Source of the DNA: a virus
DNA length: 64,000 nt
IMG/VR virus record: IMGVR_UViG_3300025660_000003
Location: 1-64,000 of that record
Reading direction: 5' to 3' (one strand)
This document shows positions 8,431 through 17,852 of the stretch, piece by piece. Positions within the stretch are counted from its first letter, which is position 1. Each line of letters starts with the position of its first letter. A model generated the notes under the pieces. It was given only the letters and a program-made list of their open reading frames with translations, was not told where the DNA came from and made no database searches. Made by a program: the position numbers and the translations under genes.

Positions 8431-9431
8431 GCAAGAAAAAGACCCTTGGGGTCGGGCTGGACATCGGGACGATGAACATCGTCTCCGCTCGCAGCGTCGG
8501 TGGCAGCATCGAGACGAAGCGGATGCGGGACGCCTTCATGTCCATGCCCCCGAACAAGACCCGGATGCTCAAGCTCTCGGAGACCAGCTTCGTCGAGCGC
8601 GAACATGATGTGCTCCTGCTGGGCGATGCTGCGATGGAGATGGCCAACGTCTTCGGTGGCAATCCCCGCCGTCCCCTGGCTGGTGGGCTCATCGCTGCCG
8701 GGGAGTCCGATGCGCTGGGCGTGTTGAAGCTGCTCATCAAGAACGTGCTCGGGGAGCCGCAGATCGAGAACGAGGTCTGCTACTTCAGCGTCCCCGCTGC
8801 CCCCCTCGACCAGCCCGGCAAGGACATCATCTACCACCGGGGCGTCTTCGAGCGCATCGTCGAGGAGTGCGGGTTCGAGCCGTACCCCGCGAACGAGGCC
8901 ATGGGCATCATCTTCAGCGAGTGTGCTGCCGAGGGCTTCTCCGGCCTGTCCTTCAGCTTCGGCTCCGGGATGACCAACGTGGCCCTGGCCCTCAACACGA
9001 CCGAGGTGCTGTCCTTCTCCGTCCAGCGGGGCGGTGACTGGATCGATGAGCACGCAGCTCAGGCGGTGGGGATGACCCAGGCTCAGATGTGCGCCCTCAA
9101 GGAGAGCGGCATCGACCTGATGACCCACGAGACGCAGCCGGAAGAGGCCCTCACCCTGTACTACAAGGCGATGATCGACTTCGCGCTCGACCAGGTGGCG
9201 GCCCACTTCGTCGCGCAGTCCGGCCAGTTCACCTTCCCGAAGCCCATCCCCATCATCGTCTCCGGCGGGACGAGCATGGCGGGCGGGTTCATCGACTTTT
9301 TCAACAAGGTCTGGCGCAAGAAGAAGCGGAAGTTCCCCATCGAGGTCAGCGAGATTCGCTCGGCCAAGGACCCGCTCAACGCGGTGGCCTTCGGGATGCT
9401 TATCCAGTCCATGCAGGAGTACGAAGAATGA
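8427..9431 (+). CDS. Actin-fold ATPase (MreB/ParM/FtsA superfamily)
   Basis: VGLDIGTMN (phosphate 1), NEAMG (connect 1), SFGSGMTN (phosphate 2), GGDWID, VSGGTS (adenosine), DPLNAVAFG (connect 2). Confidence 0.9.
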   Translation: MSKKKTLGVGLDIGTMNIVSARSVGGSIETKRMRDAFMSMPPNKTRMLKLSETSFVEREHDVLLLGDAAMEMANVFGGNPRRPLAGGLIAAGESDALGVLKLLIKNVLGEPQIENEVCYFSVPAAPLDQPGKDIIYHRGVFERIVEECGFEPYPANEAMGIIFSECAAEGFSGLSFSFGSGMTNVALALNTTEVLSFSVQRGGDWIDEHAAQAVGMTQAQMCALKESGIDLMTHETQPEEALTLYYKAMIDFALDQVAAHFVAQSGQFTFPKPIPIIVSGGTSMAGGFIDFFNKVWRKKKRKFPIEVSEIRSAKDPLNAVAFGMLIQSMQEYEE

Positions 9432-9991
9432 GCCCCCACATCGAGCCGACCGACATCCAGCCCGACGCCCCGGGTCCGATCCGCATCCGCCACATGCTCT
9501 GCGACGCCGAGAGGCCGGTGCGGGGCAACGACGGGAAGGACTACAGGTTCACCTGCCAGTCGAAGTGCGACAACGAGACCACCTACGCCTGCACGGGCTC
9601 CGAGCACAAGGTCCCGGGCACCGAGGTCATCTGCACCTGCCCCTGCCACCAGTCGATGCAGGGCGTCACCATCGAGAGCTTCGACAAGGTCACTGTGACC
9701 CCGGACGGCAAGCTGAACGTGGAGGGGTTGAAGCTCAGTCCCGTGACGGCTGAGTCGCAGTGCCGCGTCCGCATCACCGTCGAGATCCTCGACTACCCGG
9801 ACTCCGACCTGGACGTGCTCAAGGTGGACGCCCGTGGGACCACCTACTCGTTCATCCTGGACGAGGCGGTCATCTCCAACAACCGTGAGGTGAAGCGGGT
9901 CGATCTGCCGGACGGCGGGTGCGAGCTGGTGGCCAGCCCGGATGTCGCGTGGTCCATCGTGGGTACGGAGCACGGCGTCCCTAGCCACTGA
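9428..9991 (+). CDS. Hypothetical protein with Cys/His-rich N-terminal half
   Basis: ATG 9428 overlaps the actin stop; several Cys including CTCPCH. Confidence 0.7.
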   Translation: MSPHIEPTDIQPDAPGPIRIRHMLCDAERPVRGNDGKDYRFTCQSKCDNETTYACTGSEHKVPGTEVICTCPCHQSMQGVTIESFDKVTVTPDGKLNVEGLKLSPVTAESQCRVRITVEILDYPDSDLDVLKVDARGTTYSFILDEAVISNNREVKRVDLPDGGCELVASPDVAWSIVGTEHGVPSH

Positions 9992-10017
9992 TCTCCCTAT
10001 CCCTGGCAGGAGGTAGA
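9989..10017 (+). promoter_or_regulatory. Class II motif T-N7-CTAT-N12-GTAGA
   Basis: tgatctccCTATccctggcaggagGTAGAtg, abutting ATG 10017. Confidence 0.45.
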
Positions 10018-11210
10018 TGTACTTCCAGCTCACAGAGGCGCTCAAGCGACGGTTCATCGAGGAGCTACGACGCTACTGGTCGTATCACCCGAAATACCGT
10101 GACGACCTTGTGCAGAACATCCAGGGGAAGTTCAGCTTCAAGGAGCGGCCCCAGCACGGGATCATCATCAAGACCGGCTCGGGCAACCGGGTAGACCTCT
10201 CAGCCGACAACTACATCGGCGTGGTCGAGTCCTACTGCCTGATGACCCGGGTGAAGAACAAGCCCGGCCTCTCGGTCGAGTGGGTGCGCGAAGACTCCGT
10301 CGCCATCCAGAACAACAACGGCTACTTCCCGTCGCCTCCCGGCCTCTACTACCTCGACGTGCAGGAAGAGGGCGGGAGCCTGGTCTTCTACGTGGACCCC
10401 CTCGTTGAGGTCTTCCACGAGCCCGTGAGCATGATCGACACGACGAGCGGGCAGCTCCAGCAGACCCCGGTGACCGGGAGCCTCCGGCTCTACGAACAGC
10501 CGTCCCGTTTCCAGCTTGTCGAGGGCGTGAACTACGACCTGAACGCCACCGGGGGCATCACCCTGACCAACCCGCTGACGGGCGGCCGGTGGTTGCAGGC
10601 CGACTACCGCTACCCCACACCGTCAACAGGGCCGTACCCCATCACGGAGATGCACGCGAACAACGTGGCCATCCCCGGAGTGGTCATCGCCTTCGGGCGG
10701 CGGGCACAGGCTGGCGACCAGGTGGCCATCATGGTCCACGACATCCGGCGTCCGGCCTACATGGAGTACGGCGGGAAGTGGGAGCTGACCCTCGACTGCG
10801 ACGTGATGAGCCGGGATGTCCACGCCCAGCAGGAGATCGTGGATCAGACGGTCATCTACCTCTGGGGCGTCCTGCGCTCGCACCTCTCGCACAAGGGCAT
10901 CGAGATCACGGATGTCTCGATGGGTGGGGAGTCCGAGGAGGTCTACGACGAGAACGGCGACGACTACTTCTACAACGCGAACTTCACCATCACCTGCCAG
11001 ACCGACTGGTCCATCCATGTCCCCATCGACGGCTGGATGCGGCAGGCGGCTCCCCTGACCCGCGCCCAGGCCGCCCAGATTGCCGCACTCTCCGACGATG
11101 ATCTTCGGGGTGAGGACGGTAACATCAAGGGTCTGGAGGCCCTCGGTGTCGAGGCGGTGCAGGACCCCTTCTGGTCCGGCCGACGAGGGACCTTTGAGAT
11201 GGTGAAGTAG
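10017..11210 (+). CDS. Tail terminator / neck-like structural protein with inserted Ig-like module
   Basis: 397 aa upstream of the sheath; C-terminal WELTLDCDVMSRD...QQEIVD...ITCQTDW resembles tail-terminator folds. Confidence 0.5.
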   Translation: MYFQLTEALKRRFIEELRRYWSYHPKYRDDLVQNIQGKFSFKERPQHGIIIKTGSGNRVDLSADNYIGVVESYCLMTRVKNKPGLSVEWVREDSVAIQNNNGYFPSPPGLYYLDVQEEGGSLVFYVDPLVEVFHEPVSMIDTTSGQLQQTPVTGSLRLYEQPSRFQLVEGVNYDLNATGGITLTNPLTGGRWLQADYRYPTPSTGPYPITEMHANNVAIPGVVIAFGRRAQAGDQVAIMVHDIRRPAYMEYGGKWELTLDCDVMSRDVHAQQEIVDQTVIYLWGVLRSHLSHKGIEITDVSMGGESEEVYDENGDDYFYNANFTITCQTDWSIHVPIDGWMRQAAPLTRAQAAQIAALSDDDLRGEDGNIKGLEALGVEAVQDPFWSGRRGTFEMVK

Positions 11211-11218
11211 GAGCGAGC

Positions 11219-11503
11219 ATGGAAGAGGTCCGCCACAAGACGGCGAAGTCGTGGTTCGACGCCATTGAGACAGCGAACGGCCATGAGCTGCTGGTGGGTG
11301 ACGTTCCCACACGGCGGTCTCTCGGCTTCTTCGACCACACCGACGAGAAGCACCACCTGATCGGCCTGACCCTGATGGACGTGACCTTCTCGGACTACCT
11401 GGACCAGTTCCCGAAGGACCGCCGGGAGGCAGTGAGCCACAGTGTCCGGGAGTATCTGAAGACCCCGGAGAGCCGCAAGAAGCTCATCGAGAGCCGCGCC
11501 TGA
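11219..11503 (+). CDS. Hypothetical protein
   Basis: 94 aa, AGGAG RBS. Confidence 0.7.
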   Translation: MEEVRHKTAKSWFDAIETANGHELLVGDVPTRRSLGFFDHTDEKHHLIGLTLMDVTFSDYLDQFPKDRREAVSHSVREYLKTPESRKKLIESRA

Positions 11504-11931
11504 TGCCGACCTACGAATACCAGTGCGAGTGTGGCGTCCAGTTCGAGGCCCGTGCCTCCATCGCCAACAGGGATCAGACGAAGCCCTGCCCCGCCTGTCC
11601 TGAGCAGGGCAAGCCCATCCCTCCCTCCGGCGTCCACGGTCATTTCAAGAAGGAGGTGACCGGCCCCGTGCCTCAGAACACGGGCATCCACGACCTCGAC
11701 ACGAAGATCGACCGCGTGATCGGCCAGTCCAGCCACCAGGGCTGGGAGGTGGCCGAAGGGCGGAAGCGGATGAAGCAGGAGGTCATGCACCGTGAAGGCG
11801 TCACGGGCCACGACCTCTCGAAGAATCTCGACGGCTCCTACCGGGTGCTCAAGCCGGAGGAGCGGGGTCTCCACGAACGCAGCCAGGCGATTCACCAGGC
11901 GGCGGGGGAGCGAAAGAAGCCGAAGGGGTAG
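11503..11931 (+). CDS. FmdB-family zinc-ribbon protein
   Basis: MPTYEYQCECG...FE...CPAC. Confidence 0.85.
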   Translation: MPTYEYQCECGVQFEARASIANRDQTKPCPACPEQGKPIPPSGVHGHFKKEVTGPVPQNTGIHDLDTKIDRVIGQSSHQGWEVAEGRKRMKQEVMHREGVTGHDLSKNLDGSYRVLKPEERGLHERSQAIHQAAGERKKPKG

Positions 11932-11994
11932 TCGATAGTTTGACTATCCCGCACCCTTATCAGCGAAGGGCAAGTTCCTAGAACGCGCCCAGGC

Positions 11995-12095
11995 ACCTCC
12001 TCTCCGCACCGGAGATGGTCAGACAGACGACAGGATGAGTCCCAGCTTGTGCTTCCCCTGATGGGGACCTGCCTCCCGCGCTTCGGCGGGGATGG
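11995..12095 (+). promoter_or_regulatory. Structured leader of the sheath gene: two CC-[TCYC...GRGA]-TGG hairpin units
   Basis: Stems TCTCCG/CGGAGA (12001-12015) and TCCC-G-CGC[TTCG]GCG-GGGA (12074-12092), each flanked by CC and TGG; same element at 29232-29349. Confidence 0.6.
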
Positions 12096-12157
12096 ACACG
12101 ATGAAGCCATACGGACTGATGCTCGAACCCTGTTGACCACTCTCGTGAGGTGCCCTG

Positions 12158-15100
12158 ATGTCGTTCCCCGGTCTGAACTACGCCCCGCCCAACGTCTACA
12201 CCCGGACTGAGTTCGAGAACCCTCTTCAGGGGGCCATCGAGTCTCTGAAGGTCCCGATCTTCATCGGCGAGGGCAACGAGTACCTCTCCCAGGTGGATCT
12301 GGAGGTCGTGCGCGGCTCGTCCGCGACCATCGACCAGCGCATCGTCGGCGAAGACATGACGGGCCGTGCGGTCGCCAGCGTCTCGGCCACGGGCGTCGTG
12401 ACGCGGAGCGCCTTCGACGGCGTCCTCAACCGGGTCCAGGTCCAGAACCTCCCCGTCGTGGACGGCACGGGTCGGGGCACGACCAGCAACAGCCGCAGCG
12501 ACGTGACGGTGACCCTCAACGGTCTGCCGGTCGTGGTGTCGGCCCTGGACGGTGCTTCGGGCATCCTGACTCTCGCGCAGTCCCCGGCCCTGGGTGACCT
12601 CGTGCGGGTGAGCTACTTCTTCAACCGTGAGGACACGCTCGTCACGGACGACCTCTCGGAGCAGGTCACCCTCCTGGCGGCCATCATCCAGGCCAGCGTG
12701 GGCATCAAGGACGTGAACGCCCCGACGCCGGGCACCACGACCATCGACCTGCACGCTGACGTGCTCGGGCCGACCGGCCAGGTCATCGTCCCGGCGAACA
12801 ACGTCCTGAACCTCATCGTGGACGGAGTCACGGCGGCCATCACGCTGACGCCGAAGGCCGACTACACGATGCAGCAGATCGCCAACGTCATCTCGGCGGC
12901 TGGTGTCGGGACGCTGACGGGCGCGACCTTCGTGAACAACCACGGTGAGAGCACCCTCTCGCTGAACTCCGACCACGACCTGACGGTCATGGAAGGCACG
13001 GCGAACGCCCTGCTCGGTCTGGTGACGGGCTCCGTGAGCGTCCGCCGGAAGGCCTTCTACACGTTCAACGGTCCCATCGTGGACGGCACCAACGGCGGCG
13101 TCACGACGACTGACCCGAGCCACGTCACGGTCAAGGTGGACGGCGTCCAGGTCATCCCCGTCACGGTGGACGGTGCGACTCGGGCCATCACCCTCGCCCA
13201 GGCCCCGGAGGCCGGTTCGACGGTCACGGTGACCTACTGGTTCAACACCTGGCAGGACACCTACGACCACCTGGCCCACGTCAACGTCACAAGCGTCGAA
13301 CGGGTCGGCGACGTGCCCGGTGGCAGCCAGTACACCCAGGAGGCCGACTTCGTCCTTCAGAACGACCGGGTGATGTGGGGTACGGCGGCCACGGTGGTCA
13401 GCGGCATCACGACCACCGGGTCGGAGCTGCTCGATGACACGCAGGTCACTCCGACGCTGGTGGACAACCGGACCTTCATGTCCCCCTGCCTGGCGGTCAC
13501 GTCCGCACAGGGCGCGGTCAGCACTAGCGACTTCCAGCTCCCCCTGAACCCGACCCTCGGCAACGGCCGCTCGACGAGCCTCGGTCAGAGCCTCTTCCAG
13601 AGCATCAGCAACAACCGCATCGGCGTCCCGGTGAACCGGCCCGACGTGGTGGATGTCTACTGGGGCTTCTCGGTGGCAGACGCGCTGGTTCGCGGCAAGG
13701 TCGAGGCCATCAAGGTCGAGGGCAGCGTCATCACGCTCCCGGTCGAGGTCCCGGTCGGAGCCAGCGTCTTCGCCAGCTTCTATCACAACATGATCGTGGA
13801 CATGGAGTACACGCTGGCCGTGGTCCTGCCCGGCATCAGCGGCGTCGGTACCTACACCATCGCGGACTCCGGCGGGAACTCCGTCTACACCCCGACCTTC
13901 GACAACAGCACGAAGTCGGCGGGCCTGACGGGCATCGAGATCGTCTTCCCGAGCGGCAGCGAGCTGACCCCGGACCTCCACTTCGAGGGTGGTGCCGGGA
14001 CCGGCTTCACCGGCCCCATCGAAGAGGTGGTCACGGTCACCCTCGCGACGACGCAGGACACCCCGGCGAAGTTCACGGTCTCCGGCCCGTCGCCCTATGC
14101 CTTCATGCCCGGTGAGTCCGACCTCATCGCCATGACGATCAACGGGGACACCGTGCTCCCGGTCGCGGGCACCGACATGGACGTGCTCTCCGGCGGTGGC
14201 CTGGGTGTCATGGCCCACTTCGTCAGCAACGAGATCGCCTACCCGGACGGCATCGACTTCGACGTGGCCGACTTCACGGGCGGCGACGAGCAGGTCATCC
14301 TCACCATCGACGCTGTGGAGGTCACGGCGACCGTCGAGTCACTGGCCAACCAGACCATCGACGCCTGGGTCGCCTCCATCAACGAGGCGGCGGACGGTCA
14401 CCAGGGCGTCGCGGGCGTCGGTGCCCCGACCACCACCAGCTTCGAGCTGGCAGCGGGCAGCCGTTCCGCCGTGGACAACTACTACGCCGGGTGGCGGGTG
14501 GTCGTCGGCAGCGGTGCTGGAGCCATCACGGCCGGTACGGTCGGCACGGTCCTCAGCTACGTCGGAGCCACGGGCATCATCACGCTCACGGCGATCATCG
14601 ACGGGGCCAACGCCTTCGTGGCGGCGGACCCCTACCGCATCTACAACCCCGACACGATGGCCGAGATCAAGGGAGCCACGCGCTTCAACGGTCCCATCGA
14701 CCTGTCGGGTGCTGCGGGCTTCGACACCCTGACGATGCGGTTCAACTGCCTCGCCACGGCGGGTGCGGTGAACATCACCGCAGCGGTGGCGGCCCTGCAC
14801 TCCTCAGTGTCGGTGCTGGCGTCGGCCCTCAACACGGCGTTCCGTGGGGCCTCCGGTGACGACATCCTGACGCCTCCGGCGGGCGGCTCCCCCATCGCAG
14901 TCGTCATCGGCGGTGATGTCCTCCTCTCGGGTCTGGACTTCATCTTCACGGCGGACGGCAACGGTCGCCTGACGGTGGTGGTGCAGCTCCCCGGCCTCTC
15001 GACGGCGGGCTTCCTGGAGTTCGTTTCGCAGGGTGCGGCGGTCGATGACTTCTGCAACCTCGCGGGCTTCGACGCGGGCACGGCGGGCAGCGGCCAGATG

Positions 15101-17467
15101 AAGCTGAACATCGGCGAGGTGGCGAAGAGCTACCGGCTGACGCAGGGCGGCGTGAACGTCCACGACCGGCTGATTCTTCGCAACCGCATCCACCCCGGCG
15201 GCTTCTCGATGAGCGCCCTGGACGCGGTGGATCAGTGCCAGCTCCTCGTGGGTGCGGGCTCCGGCAACGCCAAGGCGGGTCTGGCGAACGCGGACTTCGG
15301 TGAGGCGGCCCACGGTGCCACGGTCCACGGGGCCACGATGGTCGGCCGGGTCGGCTTCGCAGGCGGCACGAACACGGCGGGCGAGCCGCAGGTGACCTTC
15401 TACGACGGCACGGGGGCACAGCCCGCGAACAACGTCCTGGCGTTCACCCTCGACGGCGTTCCCTTCAGCGTGACCTTCGCGGCGTCGGCAACGGGCACGG
15501 TGAACCTGCTGGGCATCGCGGCTGCTGCGGGCGACCGCATCATCCTCCAGATCCAGACGGCTCTGGCTGCTCTGCCCGGTGCGCCCTTCGGCAACCTGGC
15601 AACCATCCAGGGTGCGTTCATCTGCCGGGCAGAGGGAGCGGGCATCCGGCTCACCAGCACGACGATGCACGAGAGTGGCGTCATCGTGATGGGTGGCGGT
15701 TCGGCCAACGCGGTCCTCGGGTTCACCGAGGGCACGGTCGCGGCCCGGCAGCTCGTCACGGCGGGAGAGCTGGCGTCGGCACTGAACTCGCACCGGGAGA
15801 ACAACATCCCGGACTTCCTGCACGACTTCTCGGCCATCAACGCGGCGGCTGCTGAGTTCGCTGCGCAGGCGGTGGCCAAGGTGGTCGAGGACACGGCCTC
15901 CCGGAAGTTCCTGACCATCGCCTCGGCGGGTCCGGCCACGACCGACTACGGCACCGGCTCCACCATCGCCCTGCTGGGAGCCACGACGCGCTCCTGGCTC
16001 TTCGTGGGCACGGGCATTGACGAGTTGAGCAACGCCGGTTCGGCGGGAGAGGCGGCCCTGAACGGGTACTTCGTCACCTCCTCCGATGGTGTGAACGGCT
16101 CCGGCTCGGCGGACACTTCGGTGCTCAACGCGGGCACCGGACAGGATGGGACCATCGGCCAGACCTACCGCGACGCGGTGACCGGCCTGACGTTCACCAT
16201 CCTGCCTCGCGGCTGGCACGACAACCCGGCGGGTCCCTGGATCGCCTACCCGGCGGCGGCGACGTTCCGGTTCGCGGTCAGCCAGACGGTCACGACCGAC
16301 GCGAACATCCCGGTGCGCTCCATCCCCGGTCTGGAGATGAAGGTCGCGAACACGGCTGATGTGGGTGTGAGCGACACGGCCATCGTGCAGACGTACCCGC
16401 GAGGGGGCGAAGAGCCCGCCATCGGGGACATCTACTACGCCAGCTACGTCTACCAGAAGCAGGATTTCACGACGGGCTTCTTCACGAAGATGTCGTCCAT
16501 CATCGCGGCCTACGGTGCCATCCACCCGGAGAACCCGGTGTCGCTGGCGGCCTACCTGGCGATGATCAACGGTGCCGTCCTGGTGGGCGTCAAGCAGGTG
16601 CCCCGGGCGACCGGGACCAACTTCGCCAGCGTCACGACCTACGTGGCGGCGGTCACGGAGCTGGAAGGCGTCCTGCCCGGCCACATCGAGCCGGACCTGA
16701 TCACACCCCTGCTGGGTAGCTCCACGCAGCTCTTCCAGTTGCTCGCTCGCAGCAACGACATCCAGAGCAGCATCCGCTACCGCAGCGAGCGCACCAGCAT
16801 CATCGGGATGTCGGCGGGCGCGACGGAGGCCCAGGCGAAGACCCTGGCCGGTGTGATGTCGAACGACCGGATGCGGATGGTCTACCCGGACATGGCCCTC
16901 ATCGACATCGAGGAGGACGACGGGACCAGCAAGGAGCACCTCATCGACGGCCCGATGCTGGCCGCGATGCTGACCGGCTCCGTGGTCAGCCCGAACTACG
17001 ACGTGGCGTCCCCCTGGACGCGGCGGAAGTTGATCGGGCCGAGCCAGCTCGCCAGGACGCTCGACGCGGTGCAGCAGAACCAGCTCGCCCAGGCGGGCGT
17101 CACGGTGCTGGACGACAAGCCCCCCTTCATCCGGGTGCGACACGGTCTCACGACCGACATGACCAGCATCCTGACGAAGACGCCGACCGTCCGGCTCATC
17201 GCCGACCACGTCCAGCAGCAGAGCCGGTCCACGCTGGACCAGTTCATCGGGCTGAAGTTCCTGCCCGGCGTCCTCTCGCAGGTCGAGGGGCGGCTGGCCA
17301 AGATGTTCCAGACGCTCGTGAAGCAGCAGATCATCGCCATCTACACCGGCCTCAAGGCCCAGGTGGATGCCGAGGACCCGACGACGGCCAACGTGGAGGC
17401 CTTCTACCAGCCGGTCTTCCCGCTGCTCTACATCGTCCTGACGTTCCACCTCCGCGCGAGCCTGTAG
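12158..17467 (+). CDS. Tail sheath protein, greatly expanded (1769 aa)
   Basis: N-terminal YAPPNVYT; C-terminal sheath core (HGLTTD...VRLIADHV...FIGLK...YQPVFPLLYIVLTF); roughly 1300 aa of inserted beta-rich modules. Confidence 0.93.
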   Translation: MSFPGLNYAPPNVYTRTEFENPLQGAIESLKVPIFIGEGNEYLSQVDLEVVRGSSATIDQRIVGEDMTGRAVASVSATGVVTRSAFDGVLNRVQVQNLPVVDGTGRGTTSNSRSDVTVTLNGLPVVVSALDGASGILTLAQSPALGDLVRVSYFFNREDTLVTDDLSEQVTLLAAIIQASVGIKDVNAPTPGTTTIDLHADVLGPTGQVIVPANNVLNLIVDGVTAAITLTPKADYTMQQIANVISAAGVGTLTGATFVNNHGESTLSLNSDHDLTVMEGTANALLGLVTGSVSVRRKAFYTFNGPIVDGTNGGVTTTDPSHVTVKVDGVQVIPVTVDGATRAITLAQAPEAGSTVTVTYWFNTWQDTYDHLAHVNVTSVERVGDVPGGSQYTQEADFVLQNDRVMWGTAATVVSGITTTGSELLDDTQVTPTLVDNRTFMSPCLAVTSAQGAVSTSDFQLPLNPTLGNGRSTSLGQSLFQSISNNRIGVPVNRPDVVDVYWGFSVADALVRGKVEAIKVEGSVITLPVEVPVGASVFASFYHNMIVDMEYTLAVVLPGISGVGTYTIADSGGNSVYTPTFDNSTKSAGLTGIEIVFPSGSELTPDLHFEGGAGTGFTGPIEEVVTVTLATTQDTPAKFTVSGPSPYAFMPGESDLIAMTINGDTVLPVAGTDMDVLSGGGLGVMAHFVSNEIAYPDGIDFDVADFTGGDEQVILTIDAVEVTATVESLANQTIDAWVASINEAADGHQGVAGVGAPTTTSFELAAGSRSAVDNYYAGWRVVVGSGAGAITAGTVGTVLSYVGATGIITLTAIIDGANAFVAADPYRIYNPDTMAEIKGATRFNGPIDLSGAAGFDTLTMRFNCLATAGAVNITAAVAALHSSVSVLASALNTAFRGASGDDILTPPAGGSPIAVVIGGDVLLSGLDFIFTADGNGRLTVVVQLPGLSTAGFLEFVSQGAAVDDFCNLAGFDAGTAGSGQMKLNIGEVAKSYRLTQGGVNVHDRLILRNRIHPGGFSMSALDAVDQCQLLVGAGSGNAKAGLANADFGEAAHGATVHGATMVGRVGFAGGTNTAGEPQVTFYDGTGAQPANNVLAFTLDGVPFSVTFAASATGTVNLLGIAAAAGDRIILQIQTALAALPGAPFGNLATIQGAFICRAEGAGIRLTSTTMHESGVIVMGGGSANAVLGFTEGTVAARQLVTAGELASALNSHRENNIPDFLHDFSAINAAAAEFAAQAVAKVVEDTASRKFLTIASAGPATTDYGTGSTIALLGATTRSWLFVGTGIDELSNAGSAGEAALNGYFVTSSDGVNGSGSADTSVLNAGTGQDGTIGQTYRDAVTGLTFTILPRGWHDNPAGPWIAYPAAATFRFAVSQTVTTDANIPVRSIPGLEMKVANTADVGVSDTAIVQTYPRGGEEPAIGDIYYASYVYQKQDFTTGFFTKMSSIIAAYGAIHPENPVSLAAYLAMINGAVLVGVKQVPRATGTNFASVTTYVAAVTELEGVLPGHIEPDLITPLLGSSTQLFQLLARSNDIQSSIRYRSERTSIIGMSAGATEAQAKTLAGVMSNDRMRMVYPDMALIDIEEDDGTSKEHLIDGPMLAAMLTGSVVSPNYDVASPWTRRKLIGPSQLARTLDAVQQNQLAQAGVTVLDDKPPFIRVRHGLTTDMTSILTKTPTVRLIADHVQQQSRSTLDQFIGLKFLPGVLSQVEGRLAKMFQTLVKQQIIAIYTGLKAQVDAEDPTTANVEAFYQPVFPLLYIVLTFHLRASL

Positions 17468-17469
17468 CC

Positions 17470-17512
17470 CCTAGGCGGGGTCAGGGCATGAGCCTCTGAC
17501 CCCGCATCTAGG
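17470..17512. terminator. Strong hairpin between convergent genes (likely bidirectional terminator)
   Basis: GCGGGGTCAG(17475-84)/CTGACCCCGC(17496-505), inner GGC-ATGA-GCC, outer CCTAG/CTAGG; no U-tract. Confidence 0.7.
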
Positions 17513-17514
17513 CC

Positions 17515-17832
17515 TCAGAGGATGCTCACGGTCGTCTTGGTCTCGACCTTGAGCTTCGCAGCGACCTTCAGCACCGCGAAGACGGGCGGCTTGCGACCGT
17601 AGGAGTGCTTCGGAACCGCCGAGAGTTCATCCACCTTCTCCTGGAGCCGGGCCTTGTCGGTGGTGACCCAGTGCTCGAAGGTGTCGGTGGTGACGGTGTG
17701 GGCGGGGTAGCCGTGCCCAGGATTGGTGCGGCTCCGCTCGTCACCCTCAACGTGGTGGGAGTCGGTCTTGTAGATGTGGACCGCGAAGTGCGGCCCCTCG
17801 GGGATGTCGGCGGGGGTGTTCACCCTTTGCAT
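17515..17832 (-). CDS. Hypothetical protein
   Basis: AGGAG RBS before ATG 17832; contains GDERSRTNPGHGYP. Confidence 0.75.
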   Translation of the reverse strand: MQRVNTPADIPEGPHFAVHIYKTDSHHVEGDERSRTNPGHGYPAHTVTTDTFEHWVTTDKARLQEKVDELSAVPKHSYGRKPPVFAVLKVAAKLKVETKTTVSIL

Positions 17833-17852
17833 TTCAGTGCTCCTGTTCGTGT

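Noticed and set aside
11932-12157. Leaders as tRNA, hammerhead ribozyme or known riboswitch
   Set aside because: No cloverleaf or T-loop consensus and no complete CUGANGA/GAAA core recognised by eye; an Rfam search is still needed.
14804-17449. 881-aa minus-strand ORF, and similar long antisense ORFs at 11978-14218, 24770-27403 and 51525-54551
   Set aside because: They lie antisense to clear genes; GC-rich codon bias removes stops on the opposite strand, and the translations show no motifs.
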